From Octopus sinensis (taxonomy: Eukaryota), in NCBI RefSeq assembly GCF_006345805.1, contig NC_042998.1:73842001-73906000 (forward strand): a DNA stretch of 64,000 bases, written 5' to 3'. A program made the position numbers and the translations under genes. The notes under the pieces were generated by a model. That model had not been told where the DNA came from. It ran no database searches and saw only the letters and a list, made by a program, of their open reading frames with translations. Each line of letters starts with the position of its first letter. The stretch's first letter is position 1. Positions 12,951-27,400 of the stretch are shown here, in pieces.

Positions 12951-14237
12951 GAAACGTGAACATCTTACAGTGGGTTTAACTGTCAGAGAAATGAGAATAA
13001 ATCACTTTTGTTTGTCTCCATTCAACGTCGGCAAGTTTCATATGAGAAACATCGAGAATATCTCAAGTATGTTATCGTTGTCGGATGTCTGTGCTTGTGA
13101 GTGTGTAAGTGTTGTTGGTGCTTTCGTTGTTGCTGTTGTTGTGTTTAGGTGTATTTGAGTATGAAATATATGTAATTACGTGCGTATTTATGTAGTTGTA
13201 TGTATAGACTTACAGGCCCAGGTGTATTAGCTATCTCATCCACATGCACAATTGCACAGACACGTACATTCAAAAGCGTACAGACACACACCATACACGT
13301 GCTCATATATGCATACTCATAAAAGCACACAAAACACATTCACAGACGCACCACCCACACACATCTAAACACGTATATACATTTACGTATAAACATGTAG
13401 ACATATGACATACATATACACACATACACAAATACACAGACACACATGTAGGCATCACATATTACATATATATACGGACACACATACATAATACACATAT
13501 ATATATATATACATACAATCAGCAAATATCGACGCAACACAGTACAATTTAGTACAAAATAATATATAGCAGCTCAGTATCACAATATTGCAATATAACA
13601 GATTAACCTATTATACATACACGCGTACATGTATGCATTCATGCCTACCAGCGATTATGTGAGTATATGCGAGTGGGTGGGTGTATATTTATGGACGTAT
13701 GAAGGTAAGTATATATAAATATTTGTGATAAGACATGCCAAGATATTTGGTGTTAGTACGTATAAGCATAAAACAAAGTATTCAATATGCTCTTTCAGAA
13801 AGTCTATAGTGCATCGTGTGTAGCTATTTTTGTACTCTAGTCTCAAGCAGATAGTCAGATATTTGGCTGCAGAAGTTTCCAAAGGGCATTATCGTTGTCC
13901 AAGCATTATTAGTGTGAGCTGGTTTATGAGTTTCTGCAATTTCAATCTGTATCAAGTGCAATGTGGAGATATTTCTATGATAAAAGAATTCATGCATGGA
14001 TAACATCGACTCTTAAGTGATTTATCTATTATGCCGATGTAGTACATATTAATATCAAAGTTTTCAGCTGCAGAAACTTGATGAACAAGGCAGTTTAATT
14101 AAATACTAGTGTTCCAAGTGATGCACCTCAATATTTTGACAATTTTTTATGGACTCTGCTTTTATACAATGGTTGTATATATATACGCATATGTGTATAA
14201 GTGAATGTGTATCTATATGTTTGTATATACATTATAC

Positions 14238-14275
<38 letters not shown>

Positions 14276-14461
14276 TTAAGTTTCTGTGGGTGTGTGTATG
14301 TGTACACACACACACTCAAACACACATACGGAATACAAGATTTTGCTCGAGTATAAACGTGGATGCTCCACGCTGGAAGATTAAAATTTTGATCCAATCA
14401 AATAAAATGAAAAAGAATCCTAAGCAAAGGCACAGGAACGCCTTAAACGAAGGAATGGCTT

Positions 14462-14852
14462 AGACGCAGGAGTAGCTGTGTGCTAAGTAGCTTGCTTACC
14501 AACCACATGGTTCCAGGTTCAGTTCCACTGCGTGGCACCTTGAGTAAGTGTCTTCTACTATAGACTCGGGCCGACCAAATCCTTGTAAGTGGATTTGGCA
14601 GACGGAAACTGAAAGAAGCCCGTTGTATGTCTGTGTGCGTATGTGTGTATGTGTGTGTGTGTGCTTGTGTGTCTGTGTTTGCCTTCCCCCATCATCGCTT
14701 GACAACCAATCCTGGTGTTTTTACGTCTCCGTAACTTAACGGTTCGGCAAAAATTATCGAAAGAATAAATACCAAGTCCTGGGGTCAATTTGTTCGACTA
14801 AAGGTGGTGCTCTAGCATGGCCGCAGTCAAATGTCTAAAACAAATTAAAGAG
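14462..14852 (+). mobile_element. SINE family B
   Basis: Full head, core, microsatellite and tail; homologous to 35576-35992. Confidence 0.88.
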
Positions 14853-15179
14853 TATATGCTGAGATATGTTAAGTCTGAGGAACCACTCCTAATATATTGT
14901 AATATATATATATATATTATTCCTAATACTTTCGCAGTTCAAGAACAAACGGATTATGCGCGTGAATGTGGAGTGAATTAATGCAGCGGTGAAGCCACAT
15001 GAGTCAATGTTAGGAATTACATAATAGGAATAATATCTCATGTGATTCATGTAAAATTTCTGTATGATCCATTACATATGATCAGGCACACACGCACACA
15101 TACACAAATATCTGTGTATTTATATATGTACATACATATGTGTGTGTGCATGTGTGTGTGCATGTGTGTATGCATGTGT

Positions 15180-15244
<65 letters not shown>

Positions 15245-15263
15245 GATAGATAGATAGATAGAT

Positions 15264-15549
<286 letters not shown>

Positions 15550-15587
15550 TGTGCATATATATATTATGCATACACACATTAAACCTA

Positions 15588-15990
15588 CAAGGGCCGGATG
15601 AATTATTCATAGTCTAACTATGAAGGAGTGGTGCTAGAGCTTTGAAATCTTGCAAGCATTAATTATACCCCTCCTTATTAATAAGTGCATTGTTTCCCTC
15701 CAGTAAACCGATATCTGACTGTTCAAAGAAAGCTTCAAAAGGAATTAGTTACCACTTCTCTTGAAAATGGACAAAATTTGGCATCATGGTGTTATCAAGT
15801 ACCTTCAGAAAAAGGATTTAGCCCTCAAGAACATTCATTGCTGCATCTGGAGATGACCCTCCAGCTTTATGAACAGTGTAAAAGCGGGGAGCTGAATTTA
15901 GGAGGGGAAGGGAGAGTCTTGAAAATGACCCAAGGTCTAGACGTCCTGCAACTGGCACCACCAAGGAAAACATTGATCGTGTTCAATGAA
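15588..15990 (+). mobile_element. mariner 5' relic (left end and N-terminal HTH coding region)
   Basis: Translates across frameshifts to mariner N-terminal motifs MDKIWHHGVIKYLQKKG, GDDPP and ESLENDPRSRRP. Confidence 0.65.
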
Positions 15991-16619
15991 CCCACATCGC
16001 GGCAGGAGACGCAACGAAGAGCAGCTCTGTCCAACTCGCTATTTCACCAAAAACAGTACCGGAAACAACACTGAGTAATTACAGATGGTGCACCAGCATG
16101 ACCTCAGCCCTGGGCTGAAACCAGTAAAAGATAAAAGATAAAAGATGTATAATACTGTAGTCACTAGATGTCAACTTACATGACTAATTGTGATTTTGAA
16201 TTTTGTCGATTCGTCTCATACATGGCTGTCTTATCATTTTATGGTTTTGACTTAACGTATCTCGTATCAGCACAAGCATAGTACTTGATTAACCTGCTCA
16301 TTATAAAGTACTTTATTTTTTTATTCTTACCTACGTAATATTAATTGTAGGTAGCTTTATTACCAATAAGTGAACTCGGAATCTCACGACACCAGCCACA
16401 GGCATATTATACGAAATGTATTCTAATCAAAATAAGCGAAACAGAGATCAAATCACATCTGCACGGAATGATGTACTGCAAGCAGTTGTACAGAATCTAA
16501 CCCATGATGGAGCGATGCACGATGGACCGAAACGATCGTAGTGATGAATAAAAATCTTGTGAATTACATTTTCTCTTTCTAACATGTTATGTACAATAAC
16601 ATATTGTATATATATATAC

Positions 16620-16668
<49 letters not shown>

Positions 16669-17439
16669 ATATTATAATATAATATACCCACTCATATACA
16701 CACAGATTCATAAAGACCATAAAATTCTAAATACACATAGAAACACGCACGCATAGGTTTAAAAATACCAGAGTCCATTTCTCCTGACATCTCTTATCAA
16801 TGGAAATATTTACTATGCTAAATTGATGGAAATTATTTAAATACTTCAGAAAGATGAAAGCACTCTACTCATTTATAAATGTTTATACAAACACACACAC
16901 AAGTATATATATATGTGTGTGTGCACGCACACATACTTATATAGATAAGTAGAAAATAGGTACGTATACCTATAAGTGTATATTAGCTAATATCTGTGAG
17001 TGTATACATACATATATCCCTTGCATGCACGTACACACACATACACACAAATATATACATATGTGTGTGTATCTGTCTGTCTGTCTGAATGTCTGTTGGT
17101 CTGTCTGTGCGTGTCTGGAGTGAGAGTTTGTAGTGTATGTGTGGGGTAGCTTAAAAGACTATGCATTATATCCTTCTCTAATTGCTCTGTACATTCTTTT
17201 GCCGTCATCAGCCATCGTTATTGCCCGAGTTCTTGCCCTGCTGGGGCACCAATTTCAAAGTCGATCACATCTTTCCAAGTATTTACATTTCAAACACCCA
17301 GTACAGTTCGTTCCCAATTTGTCGAATAGCTATATATTCGCATATATGTATGTATAAATATATGCACTCATAGGAATAAACAAACTCACATACACAGATA
17401 CATATATATATATAGAAATATAGAAAAAAAATGGAACAA

Positions 17440-18045
17440 GAACGTAACGAGTAACAACAAAACATCTGGACAGTGAGACGATACAAAAAAGAACAAGAAA
17501 AAAAAGGACGGGTCATTCGGAGCTTTCTTTCGTCAGTCGAGTTCCAGATTGTTGTTGAAGTTTCGGCCGGTTGCACTCAAGACTGCTCCAATCTGGCCGG
17601 ATCCAAGAAAATACAAGCTAAGAGCAGTAGATTCTTTGGAAGAAAGCAAACGAACGTATACGAACACAAGGACGTAAAAAAACGGAGAAATGGTACACAA
17701 TTACAAATACAAACAACAGGACATTAGCAACAGGTGTCTTTCGACTAAGGACGAATTGTACCATTTCTTTGTTTTTCTTTTTCGTCCTTGCTTTCGTATA
17801 TATTTGCCTTCTTCCAGAGAATCTATAAAGCTGCATAAAGCGATAGAAGGATTGTCTTACCATTGGTGGTGGTGGTTTAGATTTTCTTGGGGCCAGCCAG
17901 ATTGGAGCAGTCTTGAGTGTAACCGGCCGAAACTGCAACGCCGATCTGGAACTCGACTGACGAAAGAAAGCTCCAAATGACCCGTCCTTGATTTTTCCTG
18001 TCTTTTTTGTATCGTCTAACTGTCCGGATGTTTTGTTGTCGCCTG
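17440..18045. repeat. Imperfect ~600-bp fold-back (diverged inverted arms)
   Basis: 17440-17610 is the reverse complement of 17883-18045; inner 17640-17705 matches 17752-17813. Confidence 0.85.
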
Positions 18046-18149
18046 TTACAAGATGTTGAATGTCACTTATTGATTACCTTAAAACTGGCGACATGGTTAC
18101 GATAACGAGTCTTAAATGCACTGGCATTCCTGTTCATGTACAGGAAGGT

Positions 18150-18235
18150 AGAGCAAAGAGCGAACGTTTAATTTTGCGATAAACTTAGGAAGTCTGCTAC
18201 AGAAATACGGAGCCTGCTTCGGCAAGCTTATGGCT
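18150..18235 (+). mobile_element. Short mariner N-terminal relic
   Basis: Translates EQRANV*FCDKLRKSATEIRSLLRQAYG. Confidence 0.6.
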
Positions 18236-18845
18236 TGTACTTTGAAATGACTAAATATGAACTACTACTGGAACTTACATACCATGTACAGGAAATTATT
18301 TTACCACTTCTATACACTACTTTCCTCGAATATATAATTATATGCCTTGACTGCAGTATTAGGGCGTTTAGCTCTTATTTCTAGCAATGTAGGTGTTTCT
18401 AACACTGCAGCTATAATATCTGCAACTACAGTATCTTTATATATTTTATATTTTATCTCTACTTTCATTCTCTTATTTCCCTCTGTATTCCTTATCTCCT
18501 CCTTTTCCATAATAATTTCTTATTTCCAACTCAAATATTTACCTCTATTTAACTATCTCACATCATCTCTGGTGGAGGGATATCCATAATATCCCAGAAA
18601 CAGCTGTAAGACTATATCTATATCTTTCTCCTTATAAATGTCTTGAAAACTACTCACAGCCTTGGCTCTGTAATCTCATTTTGCCTAATATATATGTGTA
18701 TGCTAATACAAGACCCACATTAGACTCCTCACTCGTATTACCATCGAACTAAGAGCTTAACTACAGTCTGTCTATAACACTTACTTAGCGTTACCTGCCA
18801 CTCTTTGGCAAATGAAAGACGGAAGATGGAATATCCGAGAATTTA

Positions 18846-18957
18846 TTAATCACGACAATTGTTTCGTCGCATCTAGCATTGATCCCTCACGGGTGGGACA
18901 CTCAACAACTGGTTCAGGAGTATCCGGTGATGCAGATGTATCTCATTGGGTGATAAA
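18846..18957 (-). ncRNA. Degenerate hammerhead ribozyme with long stem II, downstream of the GIY-YIG remnant
   Basis: Minus strand: ATCAC-CCAATGA-(long stem II, CATCTGCAT/ATGCTAGATG)-GAAAC-AATT-GTC-GTGAT; CUGANGA box mutated. Confidence 0.55.
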
Positions 18958-19339
18958 TAGACACAACTCATTAAAATAACAGTTCCGCAATGTAACTCCT
19001 CGTTTTGTAGGTAGAAAAGCAGTCAGACGTAGGAAATATCTTCATTTACATAGATCAAAAATAAAATCACGGATCGGAAAAAGAGAGACGAACACTCGAT
19101 ACAGCGAGAAAAATTATTAAAAATAGTGGATGTATAAACCCCTCGGGTAAGTTACATAACGCGAGTGCACTCGCTCGTACAAGCATCCGCGAAAATGTGA
19201 ACATACGCACACGTGAAGTTTGGTGCGCTCATGATTACAAAGTAAGTTAACTATCCACTTGGTGTTTGTAAGAATGGGAGGTTAACAGTAAACTTAAGTA
19301 ATCCATACCTTAAAGTAAATTATGTTAACAGTTACTCAA

Positions 19340-19790
19340 TATTCATTCCCACTGCATTGTGCGAAAGTACATTTATAGTACATTTATATGCGTATAGGCA
19401 TCTCGAGAGTCTTTCAGAAATTTTATTAACAATCTTCTCATTAGTCCACAGAATAGACAGGGATTCCTCGAAGCAGAGACGGCATCTCCTGGAAATTATA
19501 TTGTATGGTTTTGTGTGCCTTACTATGGACCAAGTTATGCTGTACTTCACTTAACTCTCCTTCAGTCGCCGTACAAAATCGGCCAAAGATGTTGAATGTC
19601 ACTTATTGATTACCTTAAAACTGGCGACATGGTTACGATAACGATTCTTAAATGGTTCAGCTGTCTGCTCAATGTAAACATACGGCCCTCCCCTTGTGTG
19701 CAAGGTACATTTATATACAAGATTTGTACCCGTACAATGAACATTTTGATGTTTCTCTGCATGAGCATTTATCGTATTTATTTGTAAATA
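19340..19790 (-). pseudogene. Penelope-like element GIY-YIG endonuclease remnant
   Basis: CSCRETSKCSLYG /fs/ NLVYKCTLHT..YVYIEQTAEPFKNRYRNHVASF..STSLADFV..ITWSIV..RCRLCFEESLSI..VNKISERLSRC, the typical PLE Cys-knuckle plus GIY-YIG C-terminus; contains stops and a frameshift. Confidence 0.85.
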
Positions 19791-19842
19791 AATAATGAAG
19801 GCAGTTGTAAGCAATGTGTACCAAAAAGGAAAACAATAAACA

Positions 19843-20390
19843 CCATTAAATATGACTGAGGATGTTATAAACACCTACATTGCTAGAAATAAGAGCTAAA
19901 CTCTCTAATTCTGCAGTCAAGGCTTATAATTATATACATACGTGCTGACAGAGACCGTAATCGCCCAAAAAGCAGCGGTCGAGAGGCTTTTTCCCGTAGC
20001 CTCTTCCGAAGTATGGGCCCGACTCAGCTGTTCTCGGATGAAGATCAGTGCTAGCACATATGTCTACACCATAGAAATCTATGGATGATTTAGCGGATCG
20101 CTAATGTGTATGCAAATAATTAATGTAGGCGGCTGCACGCAATGTGCACCAAAAAGGAAAACTATAACCGTTTCACTGAAGAACCGATCCCATTGAAGAG
20201 GCTATGGCAAAAAAAAAGCCGAAATTGACAGATCTGTGTGGGAACATCTAGACCGCTGCTTTTCGGACGACTACGGTCTCTGTCAGCATGTATGTACACA
20301 ATTATGTGCTTTGACTGCAACATTAAAACGTTCAGCTCTTATTTCTAGCAATTTAGGTGTTTCTAACAACCTTAGTCATATTTAATGACG
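19843..20390. mobile_element. MITE-like fold-back with ~140-bp diverged terminal inverted repeats
   Basis: 19843-19981 is the reverse complement of 20250-20390; a third arm fragment lies at 18330-18405. Confidence 0.7.
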
Positions 20391-20749
20391 ATTATATATG
20401 TGTGTGTATGTGTTTGCCAACATAAAGTGGCAGTCCCGATTAGGACTGCTATTTAACTCTATGAAAACATCGTCTCCAGTCGCCTATCGACGCACTGCGA
20501 CCTTATATTTTCGAACAAGGGAGCTAGTGTCCCCACCCAGCTCAAAGCAATATCTGCGTACCAATGGTTTCTGGGTAATTTTCCTTCATCAACACAGAAA
20601 AATTGCTTGGCTAGAAATGGCGATACTAGTTCTTGTTCAAAGTATATATTTTACAAAGTGACACAGTCACTGATCTCATAAATAGAAAAACTATTAGTTC
20701 TAAATCTCTGAAATTTAGAACTAGTAGTTTTAAATATATAAAACTATTA

Positions 20750-20801
20750 GTTTCAGGAGTGTTTAAATATATATATATATATATTTAAACACTCCTGAAA
20801 C
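20750..20801. repeat. Perfect 52-bp palindrome centred on a TA tract
   Basis: gtttcaggagtgtttaaa(ta)n tttaaacactcctgaaac. Confidence 0.92.
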
Positions 20802-21940
20802 ACTCCAGTCACAACTTAGGGCCTTGAGGACTGCTTTAATGCTAGAAAGTATACTAGTCACTTAATATTTGATATTCAATATTTCATCTATTCAATAAGA
20901 CTTCATTTCATTTTACTATATATATTATTTATACTATATATTCTATATTCTACATTAATTATTATAAAGAATATAAATATAACATAAAAATCAGAGTTGG
21001 AATTTCTTTGAATAATATATATCCCTCTTTACACAATCATACAAACCCCTTCTTATTTATATATATATAAATCAAAATCATCATCATCAGTTAACGTTCT
21101 CCTGCCATGCTGGTAGATTGACAGGAACTGGCATGTCAAAAGATTGCGCCAATCACAACTGTCCGGTTCGGTATGGTTTCAACGGCTTGTTGCCCTTCCT
21201 AACACCAACCAATTTATAGAGTGTAGTGGGTGCTTTTCAGGTGATACCAGCGGCAGTATGTTCACTAAATAACTTGCAAAACAAAACCTTTCAACAGAGA
21301 GGACAGTAAAATTGACGGGGGGTGGCATTGTGCCAGGTTATGAGGGATTCGAGTATGAAAAGGGGATCAAAAACGGTTTTCTTGTAGTAAATGAGATACA
21401 TGTCTGAATTGCATCGGAGTGTATATGCACACTCACATAAATTTGTGTAAGTTTGTGTATGTGTGTGTGTGTGTGTGTGTGTTCACGCGCACGCGCGAGT
21501 GCATATGTGCGTGTGTGTGTTATAAATGTGTGTTATGTATATATATATATATATACTCACATACATACACACACACACACATATGTGTGTGTGTGTGTTC
21601 ACTGGCATACATGTATTCATAATCAATCAGAATTATTAATAAGCATATCTATGGAAATGTGTCTGTATATATGTCAGTGTGTCTGTCTATCGGTATGTAT
21701 GTCTGTTTGGATACACACACATACAAATACACACATACACACATACACTTATACTCAGACACATGCATAAAATAAGCATGACAGATGTGCTTATTGTACC
21801 TCAAAATAAATGAAATAGAATTATTGATAAAGTTTGAAACCTAGGAGTTAGTAGTATGTTGACACATACACTAATGGATTGTAACACGCACTCAGACACA
21901 TACACACGCACGTACACACACACACATATGCATACATAGA

Positions 21941-21972
<32 letters not shown>

Positions 21973-22360
21973 GAGATAGGTACCTCACCACATGCATAGA
22001 GGTGTAGAAGAAGACACCATTACACAAACTGAATTGTATTCATAGACATATATATATATACATATATATATAGGTAGAGGGGGGGAGATTCATAAATACA
22101 TGTACTTATGCATAAATGGATATATATACAGTGACATGTGACAACACACCTACATAAAGAAGGAAATGTAGATATACTGAACAAGAGACAGTTACATACA
22201 ATGGCGCAAATATATTCGTATATATACGTAAATGTAGACGTCTGTGTGTGAATGTGTGTGTGCGTGTGCATACACCTATAGAGACACAGATATATTAGTC
22301 ACAGAGAGAAATATAAATATGCGCGCACACACACACACACATATGCATACACACGCGCGC

Positions 22361-22408
<48 letters not shown>

Positions 22409-22671
22409 CACATCGAAAAAACATTTAAACACAGATTCGTAAAGAAATCGAGATACGCAATCAACCACTCATATACACACACAGAGACATGCAAAGACAT
22501 ATTCATATATGCATACGAACACTCACACATACGCTAGCAATCACGCACACGCACCTATGTACACACTCACAGACAAATGTATTCAAATATATACACATAC
22601 ACAGACAAAAATGCATACATACACACACATATGCGCATATGCACACGCTCACAACCACATAGTTACTCTCG

Positions 22672-23082
22672 GTGACCTGGCAGAATCGTTAGCATGCCGG
22701 GCGAAATGCGTAGCCGTATTTCGTCTGCCGCTACGTTCTGAGTTCAAATTCCGCCAAGGTCGACTTTGCCTTTCATCCTTTCGGGGTTGATAAATTAAGT
22801 ACCAGTTACGCACTGGGGTCGATCTAATCGACTTAATCCCTTTGTCTGTCCTTGTTTGTCCCCTCTTTGCTTATCCCCTTGTGGGTAGTAAAGAAATAGG
22901 TATTTCTTTTGCCGTTACGTTCTGAGTTCAAATTCCGCCGAAGTCGACTTTGCCTTTCATCCTTTCGAGGTCGATAAATTAAGTACCAGTTATGCACTGG
23001 GGTCGATATAATCGACTGAATCCCTTTGTCTGTCCTTGTTTGTCCCCTCTTTGCTTATCCCCTTGTGGGTAGTAAAGAAAGA
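22672..23082 (+). mobile_element. SINE family A dimer (head-body-tail-body-tail) with Tx1-like tail
   Basis: Junction aagaaatag|gtatttc at ~22900; flanking TSD gttactctcg (22662 and 23083). Confidence 0.9.
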
Positions 23083-23534
23083 GGTTACTCTCGCATGTAT
23101 ATATCCATACACGTAAGCACACACAATCACAAATACACGCACTAACACTCATTTATACGCACAACCACACAAATACACACACACACGTGCCTACTCATCC
23201 TCCCACATGTGGTTTTTAAAAATATGTATACTTATTTATGTATGCATATTTTTGTTTGGAAGTAGGTTTTTTGTGTATGCATTAGTGTGTACATATTTAT
23301 ACGTTAAATAAGCATTAATATTCTCGTATGCTCATATACTTACTTACACATACTCGGGAGCACACACGCGAACACACTGACATACATACATACATATATA
23401 CCTATACAGATAATTGAGTGTGTATGTGCATACGCGTATAATTATTTTGGTGTACATACGTATTCGTGCTTGCATGAAAATATGTAACTATTTATGTAGG
23501 GAAAAGCGAATGTATGTGTGTATGCATGGATGTA

Positions 23535-23578
<44 letters not shown>

Positions 23579-24354
23579 TGTGTGTGAGTGTGTGGTGTGT
23601 GTGTGTGTGTGTGTGTGAGGTGAGTTATGAGTGTATGTTAGATCTATCTGCTCATCAGTAAATCTGTTTAAAATAAAAACTTGCGAAATACTAAATGATG
23701 TATGCATAGATTTTCACTGTATCTTAGAATTTCCCTTTTAGTCGGAGAAAGAAAAGACTACCAAGTGACAATTGTTAGAAAATCCAAAAGAAAACTCATG
23801 ACAGCAAGAAATTAATTCATCTGTCACAATTCAGAGGAAAATTTGATCTTTGCAGGCAAGAGACAGTTTACATGAGTCCCTGTTCCTCATTTCATATAAC
23901 ATATTCCAGTTTGCTTGATCAGCAAAGATATTTATAAATGGAAAATAAAAAGACACGGCTTTTCTTTACTTATTTATCTATATTCGTGCTAGTCAATTTT
24001 CGTTATTTTCATTAGTACAAGCATTTTGAAACCGAGGTAAGCGTGTCCAAAGTGGGTACGCTAGAGAAAACGTAGTATGGTACACGTGGTTTGTAAAAAC
24101 GAACATTTGAAAGTATTCACAAACAATTCAACGCAATTCATGAGTCTAGAAGATGCGCGGAGAGCCTTTTGCTGTTCCCATAGAATTACGTTCTAAACAT
24201 TGATTTACTGCAGTGTTTGTAACGAAAAATAAATTTCGTGACAATTGAGAATGATATACAGGCACGCTTCTCTGAAATTGCTGTGAACCGAATTGCTTGT
24301 TACTTTTATTCATGTACTTGTCTATGAATTTACTAAGCAGTTCAGCGTTCTAAC

Positions 24355-24740
24355 AATGTGGCTGTGTGGTAAGAAGCCTGCTTCCTAACCACATGGTTCT
24401 GGGTTCAGTCCTACTGCGTGGTGCCTTGAACAAGTGCCCTCTACTATAGCCTCTGGTCGGCCAAAGCTTTGTGAGTAGATTTGGTAGACGGAAACTGAAA
24501 GAAGCCCGTGTGTGTGTCTTTGTGTCTGTGTTTGCCTCCCACCACCACTACCAAGACTTGATAGCACGTGTTGGTGTGTTCATGTCACTGTAACGTAATG
24601 GTTCGGAAAAAGTGACCAATAGAATAATTCCTAGGCTTAGATAGATAGGTTTTAGAGTTGGTTTGCTCGACTAAAACCCTTCAAGGCAGTGCCCCAGCAC
24701 GGCCGCAGTCAACCGACTGAAACAAATAAAAAGATAAAAG
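24355..24740 (+). mobile_element. SINE family B (older copy)
   Basis: Homology to the other family B copies. Confidence 0.85.
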
Positions 24741-25329
24741 ATGCAAAATGTGTAGCTATCTAACTTATGTATCTCTGTTGTCCTGTCCTTTCTATTTACC
24801 TGTCTGTTGATCCCTCTGCCTATGTAGCTGTCTAATTTAGATATATACACCCAACTGACTACTCTGTCGATGTCCCAACCAATCAATCTGTTCGTATGTA
24901 TACCTGTTTAACTTAGCATTTTTGGTAGACTATCAATCTCTGCATATATTCTGTCTAACTTACTACATTGCATTTTAAATCTATAAATATGTGTTAATTG
25001 CTTTGAAAGTCAACAAACTGAACAAACCTATGTCGATCATTATGTAATTAGAATGACATTCTGGATATGTTGTTCTCGGTCTATATCTATTCATATGGTA
25101 GTTGGTTTTGTTTACTGTGTAATCAATCCTTACTTGATATTGCTTAAATTAAAACATCTTGAAAACCGATGTAGATATTTAAAAATAAGCGCAAATATTT
25201 TCTTCATCGTCTACCGTCACCCAAAGATTAAACTTCCCAACGAGAAAGCCAGGATATTTACGCTTTTGGTGATGAGACAAATTTCTCTAGCTAACCGAAT
25301 TTTCTTGCAATTTATTGTCTTGTAGATTG

Positions 25330-25633
25330 GCAGTCCGTCGATTACGATGAGGAAGGTCCTAGTTGATCCGATCAACGGAACAGCTTACTCGCAATAAAGG
25401 AACGTGCAGGTGACTGAGCATTCCACAGGTCCTTGGGGAGATTCAGCAGGACACAGAATGTGACAAGGCTAGCCCTTTGAAATACAGGTACTACTTATTT
25501 TTGCCAGCTGAGTGGACACGAGCAACGTGAAATAAAGTGCCTTGTACAAGAACAAAACGCGCCACCGGGAATTGAACTCACGACCTTATGATCGTAAACC
25601 GAATACCCTAACCACTAAACCACGCGCCCTCAC
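25330..25633 (-). mobile_element. tRNA-derived SINE family C
   Basis: Minus strand: A box gcgtggtttagtggttaggg and B box gagttcaattcc, followed by a non-tRNA body. A related 3' part lies at ~29800-29960. Confidence 0.8.
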
Positions 25634-26818
25634 TATTGTCTTGTATTAAGCGTATAAAGTATAGTGTTATCTGCTGAGACGTTAGCTTAATGATCACGAA
25701 GTTATAGGTTTAACCCAACTGGGAATCACTTAGTAAATATATTCTACGGTAGCCTTAGGCTATGGTAGATAATTTTTACAGGCTATAGTAGAAGATATTT
25801 ACCTTATCAGTGAAACTGAATGAACAGAAATTGTGAAGATCATCGATTAGTTTGCATCTGTTCTTACCTGATACGTTTAATCCGTTGTCCAATTTAACAT
25901 CACCACCACCCTTATCTGCCTTTAGCAGAGTCCATTCTGTTACAACTAATTAGTCTGAATCACTTGTCTGTGTATAATTCACGAACGATAATTTCTTCTG
26001 CTCTTTCTCCTCTTACGCCAATCTCAGAAGTTCAAGCAAAATGTCATGTTTATTTTTACACAATTTCATTCCGCTTACCGTCATCTTCACCTTCGTAAAC
26101 AAGGTACTCCCTTGAACTTACTCCGTAAATGAATGATATTGAGCGTTGAGTGATATTTAACGCCAGATCAGTCCTGATTGAGCAGTAATATAACAAAGGA
26201 TATTCCAGTTTTCCTTTTCCCAATGTGACCTTGCATGAGATTTGGCTGCTGTTTCTGACTTCTCCGTTTGCTCAGTAACAAGCAATATTTCTTCATTTCG
26301 TAACAAAAAAAATACATTTTTATATTTTAAATAAAATAATTTTTTTCCTCCATTTTTATACAATTTCTCAATTTATTTATGAACTCGAAATATTGACATT
26401 TACACATCACATTTATTTCATAAAAACATGTTAAAACTTTATTGTATCACTGTTAATGTCTCTCATCACCCCCTGACTTAATAATGTTATTGTTACCGTC
26501 CATCACCCCATCAACCTCTCTTTATATTATTATTCTTAATATCAATCCCCACTTTATAGTATTGCTTTAAATGCCCATCCCCTCTCCACATTTTGAGTTA
26601 GTATAAACGTCCATTAACCTTTCTCGTATTATTATTAAATATGTCTACCCCCACCTCTTCACTGTATATCACTATTACAAACGTCCGTCACTGACTATTT
26701 ATAGTATTATTGTTGTTTGTCATCACTCTCTCTTTCCCTCCCACTCCCTCTTTCTCCCCTCTCTCTCTCTCACTCTCTCTCTTTCTCTCTCTCACTCTCT
26801 CTCTCTTTCTCTCTCTCA

Positions 26819-26876
<58 letters not shown>

Positions 26877-27186
26877 TTACAGTGATATTCTAAATTATCA
26901 TTGACCCCCACTCTTTATGGAGCGACTGTAAATTACGCCATTTTAATATTACTGCAAATGTCCATCATCCACTAAATATATTATTATTGTCACTGTTAAT
27001 TCTCTCTTTATAGAATGTTGCTGTAAACGTCTAAAACCTACCACTTCCTCTTTCAATCATAATGTGAATTGTTTTCAGAAATTTCTGCTTCATGCTTGGC
27101 TGTCATCAACAATTTTATGTCTTCTGTAGAATACAATCTGTATTTCTTTTTTGTGATATTGCGAAGAAAAGCTATAGCCTAGATTA

Positions 27187-27400
27187 GAACACCTACAGTG
27201 TTGTTAAAATACCTGCAGTTGTGTCAGAACACCTCCAACAGTGTTGGAATATTTACAGTTGTGTTAGAACATCAGCTGTGTTGGAACAACTAAACAACTA
27301 CAGCTGTTAGAATACCTACAGTTGTGCTAAAGCACTTATAGCCATGTTAGAATATATGTGGCTGTGTTAAGATAACTACAAATGCGTTGAACCTGTAAAT
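27187..27400. repeat. Degenerate ~20-22-bp minisatellite
   Basis: Recurrent 'cctacagttgtgttagaaca'-like unit. Confidence 0.7.

Noticed and set aside
20190-20235. TTGAAGA-GGCT..AGCC-GAAA hammerhead-like string
   Set aside because: C3 is missing, there is no NUH triplet or convincing stem I, and it is part of the fold-back arm homology
25560-25633. tRNA-like sequence with A and B boxes
   Set aside because: It continues into a repeated SINE body and the acceptor stem is imperfect, so it is a SINE head rather than a tRNA gene
27187-27400. Possible CRISPR-like array (also 26450-27050 and 59690-59955)
   Set aside because: Degenerate tandem units without unique spacers, no cas genes, eukaryotic context
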